Part shown: piece by piece, positions 11,441-17,419 of the stretch
Position numbering within the stretch: the stretch's first letter is position 1
Layout of the letters: each line of letters opens with the position of its first letter
Assembly: GCA_031261085.1 (NCBI GenBank)
Contig: JAISKB010000018.1
Span: 14,409 to 78,408, forward strand
Length of the DNA: 64,000 nt
Reading direction: 5' to 3'
Source of the DNA: Christensenellaceae bacterium
GTDB lineage: Bacteria; Bacillota; Clostridia; Christensenellales; CAG-138
Program-made: the position numbers and the translations under genes
The notes under the pieces: generated by a model
The model's input: the letters and a program-made list of their open reading frames with translations, nothing else
What the model was told of the DNA's origin: nothing
Database searches by the model: none

Positions 11441-12190
11441 ATGAGCGAATTCATCAACATAAATAAAGACAACCTCGCCACCGAGCATTTGTGCTGCGCC
11501 ATTGCGGATAAAAAGCATCAGTGCGGGGTGGACGCCAAACGCGCGTGGCTGGCGGACAGGCTGCCGGAGGGGCATGTGTTTCGCAAGCTGAACGAGCGGG
11601 GCAAGGTGTTTATCGAGTATGCGCCGCTGGAAAGGGCTTGGGCGCCGGTGCTGGGCGAAAACTATATCTACTTGTATTGCCTGTGGGTTTCGGGCAGCTT
11701 TAAGGGCAAGGGCTATGGCGGGGAGCTGCTCGAATCCTGCATAGCGGATGCGAAGCGCCAAGGCAAATCCGGCATATGCGCCCTCAGCTCCCCCAAGAAA
11801 AAGCCGTTCCTTTCCGACGGGAAATTTTTGCGCAAATATGGCTTCCAGGCGGTGGATACCAGCGGCGGGGAATATGAGCTGCTCTCGCTTTCGTTCGACG
11901 GCACGCAGCCGCGCTTTGCGCCATCTGCCAAAGCGGGGCAAATCGAAAGCGAAACGCTGACCATATTCTATAGCCCGCAGTGCCCCTATATACCCGATTG
12001 CATCGCGCAGGTCGAGGCCTATTGCGGGCAAAACGCGGTGCCGCTCCGCTTGGCCTGGGTGGATACGGCGGAGAAGGCCAAGGCTGTGCCCTGCGTATTC
12101 AACAACTGGGCCGTGTTTTATGGCGGCAAGTTCCAAACGGTGCAGCTGCTCAATGCAAACTATCTTAAAAAGCTGTTGAATCTGCAATGA
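11441..12190 (+). CDS. GNAT N-acetyltransferase with YoaP-like C-terminal domain
   Basis: GNAT motif A (VSGSFKGKGYGGELL) plus a C-terminal Cys-containing YoaP-like block (IFYSPQCPYIPDC). The ATG at 11441 has a GAGGGAG RBS, whereas the ORF-track start at 11408 is a TTG. Confidence 0.7.
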   Translation: MSEFININKDNLATEHLCCAIADKKHQCGVDAKRAWLADRLPEGHVFRKLNERGKVFIEYAPLERAWAPVLGENYIYLYCLWVSGSFKGKGYGGELLESCIADAKRQGKSGICALSSPKKKPFLSDGKFLRKYGFQAVDTSGGEYELLSLSFDGTQPRFAPSAKAGQIESETLTIFYSPQCPYIPDCIAQVEAYCGQNAVPLRLAWVDTAEKAKAVPCVFNNWAVFYGGKFQTVQLLNANYLKKLLNLQ

Positions 12191-12247
12191 TTCGGTTTGA
12201 GGCTTCGCTTTGTGCATAATAAATCCATATAAATAACGTATACCCTA

Positions 12248-12276
12248 TTGACGAGGGTTCCCAATATATGTATACT
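12248..12276 (+). promoter_or_regulatory. sigma-A-type promoter of nrdD
   Basis: TTGACG (12248-12253), 17-nt spacer, TATACT (12271-12276), about 80 nt upstream of the nrdD ATG. Confidence 0.6.
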
Positions 12277-12305
12277 AAAACTGGATTCAATACTATATAT
12301 TGTGC
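12259..12305 (+). promoter_or_regulatory. tandem NrdR-box candidates
   Basis: Two 16-mers start 31 bp apart. atactatatattgtgc (12290-12305) matches 14/16 of the NrdR box consensus as I recall it (acaCwAtATaTwGtgt). tcccaatatatgtata (12259-12274) has a good left half but a weak right half. Box 1 lies inside the promoter spacer. Confidence 0.55.
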
Positions 12306-12356
12306 TTTAATGTGGATGTTGAAATCATTCTAATCATAGCAAAGTAAGGAGCCTTC

Positions 12357-14663
12357 ATGATTACCACCATTAAAAAGCGAGACGGTCGGGTCTCGTCATT
12401 CGACGTCGAAAAGATCGCCGTCGCTATCGAAAAAGCATTTGCCGCCACCGGCGTGAAGTGCGACAATATCACAAACCTCGCGCAAGAGGTTATGCAGCGG
12501 CTGGATGAAGCCGGGGTAGAAGAACCCGAGGTTGAGCAGATTCAAGACTGCGTGGAGCGGGTGCTCATCGACAACGGCCATGTGCGCACCGCCAAGGCCT
12601 ATATCCTATACCGGGCGGAGCGCAGCCGCGTGCGGCAGGCCAATACCCGCCTGATGCGCATCTACGAGGATATCACCTATAAAGATGCCCTCGACAGCGA
12701 CATCAAGCGCGAAAACGCCAATATCGACGGCAACACGGCCATGGGATCCATGCTCAAATACGGCAGCGAGGGCGCCAAGCAGTTTTATGAGCTGTATGTG
12801 CTCAATCCCAAGCACGCGGCCGCGCACCGCGAAGGGGATATTCATATCCACGACCTCGATTTTTATACGCTCACCACCACCTGCTGCCAAATCGACCTGC
12901 TGCGCCTGTTCGACGGCGGCTTTTCGACCGGCCATGGCGTTTTGCGGGAGCCCAAGCACATATCCAGCTACGCCGCGCTGGCCTGCATCGCCATACAATC
13001 CAACCAAAACGACCAGCACGGCGGGCAGAGCATCGTCAACTTCGATTACGGTCTGGCGCCCGGCGTGGCCAAAACCTACATGCAAAACTATACGCGGCAC
13101 CTATCCCGCAGCCTGGAGCTGCTGCTGGATGAACCAAACGATGTGATAGAGGGCATAAACCAACAGCTCAAAAACGAAAACCTGAAGCCTTCCCTGGATG
13201 ACAGCAACGGGTACCTTGCCCGGGAGCGCGAGCTATACCTAGCCGCCGGCTTGGATACAAAACTTTTCGATAAGGCGCAGGCGTTCACCCGCGAAAAGGC
13301 GGTGGATGATACCGACCGCGATACCTACAAGGCCATGGTGGCGCTGGTGCACAACCTCAACACCATGCACTCGCGCGCCGGCGCGCAAACGCCGTTTTCC
13401 AGCATCAACTATGGCATGGATACCAGCGCCGAGGGCCGCATGGTGATGAAGAACATGCTGCTTGCCACTGAGGCGGGGCTGGGCAACGGGGAAACGCCCA
13501 TATTCCCCATACAGATATTCCGCGTAAAAGAGGGGATTAACTATAACCCCGGCGAGCCCAACTACGACCTGTTTCGTTTGGCATGCCGCTGTTCCGCCAA
13601 GCGGCTGTTCCCCAACTTTTCGTTCATCGACGCCCCCTTCAACCTGCCCTACTATAAGCCCGGGCAGTACGAAACCGAGGTGGGCTACATGGGCTGCCGC
13701 ACCCGCGTGATGGCCAACTATTACGACCCAACCAACGAGATTGCGCCCCGCCGCGGCAACCTCAGCTTTACTACCGTTAACCTGCCCCGCATCGCCATAC
13801 TTTCGGGCGGCAATATCGAGTGGTTCTTCGATGAGCTGGACCGCAAGCTGGAGCTTTGCGCCGACCAGCTGCTGGAGCGCTTTGCGATACAGAGCAAAAA
13901 GAAGGTGTGCAATTATCCGTTCCTCATGGGCGAGGGCTGCTGGCTGGGGAGCGAAAACCTGGGCTGGGACGACGAGGTAGGCGAGGTGCTCAAGCACGGC
14001 ACGCTGTCGGTGGGCTTCATTGGCTTGGCCGAATGCCTGTATGCGCTCATCGGCGAGCACCACGGCCAAAGCGAGCGCGCGCAGAACATGGGCTTGGAGA
14101 TCATATCCCACATGCGCAAATGGCTCGATGAAACCACGCGCAAGCGCAACCTCAACTTCACGCTGCTGGCCACGCCCGCCGAGGGTTTGAGCGGCCGCTT
14201 CGTAAAGCTGGATAAAAAGCGTTTTGGCTCCATACCCGGCGTGACCGACCGGGAATATTATACCAACAGCTTCCATATACCCGTGTATTTCCCCATCAGC
14301 GCCTTCGATAAAATCAAGCTCGAAGCGCCCTATCACGCCTTGACCAACGCGGGGCACATCAGCTATGTGGAGTTGGATGGCGACACGGCCAAAAATTTGG
14401 ATGCGTTCGAGAGCATCGTACGCTGCATGAAAGAAAACGGCGTGGGCTACGGCTCCATCAATCACCCGGTGGATAGGGATAGCGTGTGCGGCTATAACGG
14501 CATAATAGGGGACACATGCCCCAAGTGCGGCCGCAGCGAGCACGAAAGCGGCCCGCAGTTCCAACGCATACGCCGCATTACGGGGTACCTGGTGGGCACG
14601 CTGGATCGCTTCAACAACGCCAAACGAACCGAAGAGGCGGATAGGGTTAAGCATACGCTGTAA
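12357..14663 (+). CDS. nrdD: anaerobic ribonucleoside-triphosphate reductase (class III)
   Basis: 768 aa with an ATP-cone-like N-terminus, a C-terminal Zn site (CPKCG) and the glycyl-radical motif RRITGYLVG. AGGAG RBS. Confidence 0.96.
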   Translation: MITTIKKRDGRVSSFDVEKIAVAIEKAFAATGVKCDNITNLAQEVMQRLDEAGVEEPEVEQIQDCVERVLIDNGHVRTAKAYILYRAERSRVRQANTRLMRIYEDITYKDALDSDIKRENANIDGNTAMGSMLKYGSEGAKQFYELYVLNPKHAAAHREGDIHIHDLDFYTLTTTCCQIDLLRLFDGGFSTGHGVLREPKHISSYAALACIAIQSNQNDQHGGQSIVNFDYGLAPGVAKTYMQNYTRHLSRSLELLLDEPNDVIEGINQQLKNENLKPSLDDSNGYLARERELYLAAGLDTKLFDKAQAFTREKAVDDTDRDTYKAMVALVHNLNTMHSRAGAQTPFSSINYGMDTSAEGRMVMKNMLLATEAGLGNGETPIFPIQIFRVKEGINYNPGEPNYDLFRLACRCSAKRLFPNFSFIDAPFNLPYYKPGQYETEVGYMGCRTRVMANYYDPTNEIAPRRGNLSFTTVNLPRIAILSGGNIEWFFDELDRKLELCADQLLERFAIQSKKKVCNYPFLMGEGCWLGSENLGWDDEVGEVLKHGTLSVGFIGLAECLYALIGEHHGQSERAQNMGLEIISHMRKWLDETTRKRNLNFTLLATPAEGLSGRFVKLDKKRFGSIPGVTDREYYTNSFHIPVYFPISAFDKIKLEAPYHALTNAGHISYVELDGDTAKNLDAFESIVRCMKENGVGYGSINHPVDRDSVCGYNGIIGDTCPKCGRSEHESGPQFQRIRRITGYLVGTLDRFNNAKRTEEADRVKHTL

Positions 14664-14682
14664 CCCAACGCCCACCCACTAA

Positions 14683-14704
14683 CCCCCTCCCTAAAGGGAG
14701 GGGG
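14683..14704. repeat. perfect C5/G5 palindrome in the nrdD-nrdG spacer
   Basis: CCCCCTCCCT-aa-AGGGAGGGGG forms a 10-bp perfect stem. It is preceded by CCCACCCACTAACCCCC, a motif also seen at 20698 and 45652. Confidence 0.7.
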
Positions 14705-14793
14705 AACTATATTAAAAAACTTTGTTTTTGGGGGCTTTGCCTCGGCTGCGGCGCGGCCGCAACACCCCTCCTTCCCCATAAAAGGAGTATCTT

Positions 14794-15306
14794 ATGCAAA
14801 TCCGCCTATCCGGCGTAGTATACGATTCCATCGTGGATGGCCCCGGCCTGCGCGCCGCCATCTTCACACAGGGCTGCCCGCACGCCTGCCCCGGCTGCCA
14901 TAACCCGCTCACGCACGACCCCGCGGGCGGTTATTTGGAGGATACCGACAGCATACTCGCCGCCCTCGATAAAAACCCGCTCGCCCGCGGCATCACGCTG
15001 ACCGGCGGCGAGCCCTTTGAACAACCCGCGGCCTGCCTGGCCCTCGCGCGCGGCGCGCATGCGCTGGGTAAAGATGTGTGGGCGTTTTCGGGCTATACGC
15101 TGGAGCGGCTGCGCGCAAAAAACGACCCCGATACAGCCGCGCTGCTCGAGGAGCTGGATGTGCTGGTGGACGGGCCATTTATACTGAAGGAACGCTCGCT
15201 GGATTTGGACTTTCGCGGCAGCAAAAACCAGCGCGTGCTCGATATGCGCAAAACCGGCGGAGGCGTCCCCGTGCTTTGGCAGGACCCTTGGAAGTTGTCC
15301 TTTTGA
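14794..15306 (+). CDS. nrdG: anaerobic ribonucleotide reductase activating protein (radical SAM)
   Basis: 170 aa with the radical-SAM cluster motif GCPHACPGCHNP and GGEPF. AAGGAG RBS, downstream of nrdD. Confidence 0.93.
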   Translation: MQIRLSGVVYDSIVDGPGLRAAIFTQGCPHACPGCHNPLTHDPAGGYLEDTDSILAALDKNPLARGITLTGGEPFEQPAACLALARGAHALGKDVWAFSGYTLERLRAKNDPDTAALLEELDVLVDGPFILKERSLDLDFRGSKNQRVLDMRKTGGGVPVLWQDPWKLSF

Positions 15307-15326
15307 TAACTGACAAAAATTCGCTA

Positions 15327-15354
15327 TTGACAACGGCTCAAAATATTATATAAT
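15327..15354 (+). promoter_or_regulatory. sigma-A-type promoter of the Fur-family gene, with a 10-bp palindrome over the -10
   Basis: TTGACA (15327-15332), 16-nt spacer, TATAAT (15349-15354). The perfect palindrome ATTATATAAT (15345-15354) overlaps the -10 and could be an autoregulatory Fur/PerR-type half-site arrangement. Confidence 0.6.
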
Positions 15355-15389
15355 AACATTAAGAACAATTATCATTATATAGGATGGTT

Positions 15390-15764
15390 ATGATTTATTC
15401 AAAACAAAGGGAACTCGTGCTGGATGCGCTGTGTAAGGCGGGCCAAATGCATCCTACCGCGGACATGCTGTATGCCGATATACGCGCGGCCTTTCCTACT
15501 ATCAGCTTGGCCACCGTATACCGCAACCTCAACCAATTCGCCGATGCGGGGCAGATTGCGCGCGTGCGCATACCCGGCTGTGCCGATAGGTTTGACGCGG
15601 TAAACGACGGGCACCAGCATATGCTCTGCACCGAATGCGGCAAGGTGGTGGATATCCCCGCCTCGGCACTGCCCGATATATGCGGCGCGGCACAAAGCGC
15701 CACGCATCTGCATATCGATAGCTGCAAGCTCATGCTGTATGGCAGGTGCGAAGGCTGCGAATAA
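15390..15764 (+). CDS. Fur-family transcriptional regulator (Fur/PerR/Zur type not resolved)
   Basis: A winged-helix N-terminus (ISLATVYRNLNQFADAG), HQH, and two CxxC pairs (CTECG ... CEGC). The start could be 15384 or 15390; an AGGA RBS favours 15390. Confidence 0.85.
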   Translation: MIYSKQRELVLDALCKAGQMHPTADMLYADIRAAFPTISLATVYRNLNQFADAGQIARVRIPGCADRFDAVNDGHQHMLCTECGKVVDIPASALPDICGAAQSATHLHIDSCKLMLYGRCEGCE

Positions 15765-15786
15765 GCTTAAAGATTGATTTTAATAA

Positions 15787-15812
15787 ACGCGCCGGGGCTG
15801 GGCGCGTTTTTT
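15787..15812 (+). terminator. rho-independent terminator after the Fur-family gene
   Basis: ACGCGCC-ggggctg-GGCGCGT stem followed by TTTTT. Confidence 0.75.
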
Positions 15813-15830
15813 ATATGGTTTTATGATAAC

Positions 15831-15854
15831 AAAAAGGCCCTTAAAAAGGGCCTT
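15831..15854 (-). terminator. rho-independent terminator after the zinc-ribbon gene
   Basis: The minus strand reads AAGGCCC-uuuuuaa-GGGCCUU followed by UUUUU. Confidence 0.65.
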
Positions 15855-15944
15855 GATTGCTTTTTCTAATTCACCGATTTATCCGCAGCGCGGAAATAGG
15901 GGATTAGTAAGCCGCTGTGCCTAAAAAGGCTGTCGTCTTGTTGG

Positions 15945-16214
15945 TTACCTGCGGGCCTGGAAGCAAGCGCTGCAGTAGATCGGGCGATCGTTTTTGGGAA
16001 CGAACGGGATCTTGGTGGGCGCGCCACACTCGGCACAAACGGCATCGTACATTTCACGTTCACCGCTGCGCTGGGTTTTACGCGTGTTCCTGCATGCCTT
16101 GCAGCGAATGGGCTCATTCTGGAAACCCTTTTCAGCGTAGAATTCCTGCTCTCCGGCAGTGAAAATGAACTCAGCGCCGCAATCCTTGCATACCAAAGTC
16201 TTGTCTACGAACAT
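15945..16214 (-). CDS. double zinc-ribbon protein (zf-trcl-like CxxC...CxxC plus CxxC-x17-CxxC)
   Basis: 89 aa. The first ribbon is CKDCG-x25-CKAC within ...FTAGEQEFYAEKGF.... The second is CAECG-(17 residues)-CSAC. There is an AAGGGG RBS. Function is unknown. Confidence 0.8.
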   Translation of the reverse strand: MFVDKTLVCKDCGAEFIFTAGEQEFYAEKGFQNEPIRCKACRNTRKTQRSGEREMYDAVCAECGAPTKIPFVPKNDRPIYCSACFQARR

Positions 16215-16247
16215 CGTGATAAAATCCCCTTGTAAAATATATTTTTT

Positions 16248-16480
16248 GGTTGTTCATGCTTTCGGCTGACCTGGTCTTTGACCCCACACTCGCCGCCTGG
16301 AAGGTTCGCTACTAGGCAATTACGCCGCCCACTACTGCTTCTCTCGCGCGGTTTCCCACGCGGACGGGCTTACATCTAAGCCGCACCATGCTCACGGGCG
16401 GTTATACGCCCGCTTATGTGGATCGTTTCGCCTGCGACTGGCATCGATTTGCAACCACAGCCCGAATATCCGAACAACCA
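16248..16480 (-). ncRNA. candidate structured RNA (standalone sRNA or long 5' leader of the zinc-ribbon gene), family not recognised
   Basis: No ORF of 60 aa or more lies here on either strand. A consensus promoter puts +1 at about 16480. An 8-bp closing helix pairs GGUUGUUC (16479-16472) with GAACAACC (16255-16248). Internal perfect hairpins lie at 16413-16394, at 16382-16367 (GGCUUA-GAUG-UAAGCC) and at 16362-16345 (7 bp with a GAAA tetraloop). Confidence 0.45.
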
Positions 16481-16486
16481 ATTTAT

Positions 16487-16515
16487 ATTATAATCTAAAC
16501 GTATAGAAAAAACAA
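16487..16515 (-). promoter_or_regulatory. strong sigma-A-type promoter with A/T-rich UP-like tract
   Basis: The minus strand reads TTGTTT (16515-16510), 17-nt spacer, TATAAT (16492-16487). An AAATAAAAAAAATAG tract lies just upstream (16521-16540). Confidence 0.6.
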
Positions 16516-16624
16516 CAACTATTTTTTTTATTTATGCCTGCCGCATTTTGGGAAATACCATACACGGCAAACAAAAGGCTTCCATCTTTTTGAAAACGTC
16601 GCTGTTCTCGAAGGAAATTTCGCA

Positions 16625-17185
16625 TCAATGCGGGGGGGTATCATCGTATTGCGCCCGTGGGCCGCCCACATATTTGGGGCGGGTGCGCGCCATCACGAGG
16701 CCGGCCTCGCCGATGTGCCGCGTGTTCGCGTGGATGGGCACAGCCACCGAGCGCAGATGCATGCCGATGAGCGTGCCGCCAATATCCATGCCCGCGCGCG
16801 CCTTCGAGCGCAGGTCCTCCACCATCACATAATCGCGCAGCTGCTCCATAGCCTGCATCGCAAACGCGCCACCCGCGTGCAGGTGCGGCCGCACCCAAAC
16901 CTGCTGCAGGTCATATTGCTCCATACAGGCGCGCTCCACCACCAGGCAGCGGTTTAAGTGCTCGCAGCATTGCACGCACAAAAACAGGCCGCGCTTTTGC
17001 GTTTCGGGCAATATGGCCCGCATAACGGCGGCGGCCGCCTCGTGCGAGGAGCCGGTGCCTATGCGCTTGCCGCAAATTTCGCTGGTAGAGCAGCCTACCA
17101 CCAGCATATCGCCTTGTTTCAAGCCTTCCGCCGCCAACAGCAATTCTGCGATGGCCGCCTTGGCTTGCTCGTATACTTGTTGCAT
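16625..17185 (-). CDS. TIGR01440/UPF0340 (YwlG-like) family protein
   Basis: Conserved blocks VVGCSTSEICGKRIG, QCCEHLNRCLVVER and DIGGTLIGMHL. The start was set at the ATG with a GGAGGG RBS (17185); the ORF-track N-terminal extension has no support. Confidence 0.85.
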   Translation of the reverse strand: MQQVYEQAKAAIAELLLAAEGLKQGDMLVVGCSTSEICGKRIGTGSSHEAAAAVMRAILPETQKRGLFLCVQCCEHLNRCLVVERACMEQYDLQQVWVRPHLHAGGAFAMQAMEQLRDYVMVEDLRSKARAGMDIGGTLIGMHLRSVAVPIHANTRHIGEAGLVMARTRPKYVGGPRAQYDDTPPH

Positions 17186-17419
17186 AGTTCCCTCCAACGT
17201 GGTATAAACGTAACCTCCCACATTATAGCGGCTTTGCGCGCGGGTTGCAACCATACGATTCAAGCGGCCGCGCGGCTTCGAGCAAGCATAACCCCAAGAG
17301 CGCGCAGCGAGTATGCCGCGCTTTGGGCAAAACGGCTTGACAAGCCGAAATGGCAAACCCTATACTACATGAGTAGCGCAAGGGCGCAATGGATGTAAAA
17401 GGGAAGAAGGCGCTTTTTT

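Noticed and set aside
16248-16480. Identification of the structured RNA as RNase P RNA, SRP RNA, tmRNA, 6S RNA, a T-box, or a ZTP, cobalamin, lysine or c-di-AMP riboswitch.
   Set aside because: The hallmark strings are missing: GGAAAGUCC and ACAGAAxxCGGCUUA (RNase P), GGAAGCAGC helix-8 (SRP), the tRNA-like end (tmRNA), GCCACUG (B12), and the T-box 14-mer plus a terminator. The fold is multi-hairpin rather than the 6S rod. The CCGCCUGG and GACUGGC strings lie on the wrong strand and in the wrong order for ZTP. It is left unassigned.
17186-17419. A Fur box expected upstream of feoAB, given the Fur-family gene nearby.
   Set aside because: The region has good divergent sigma-A promoters (TTGCAA-17-TATAAT on the minus strand, TTGACA-18-TATACT on the plus strand), but no AT-rich 7-1-7 or 19-bp Fur-like palindrome.
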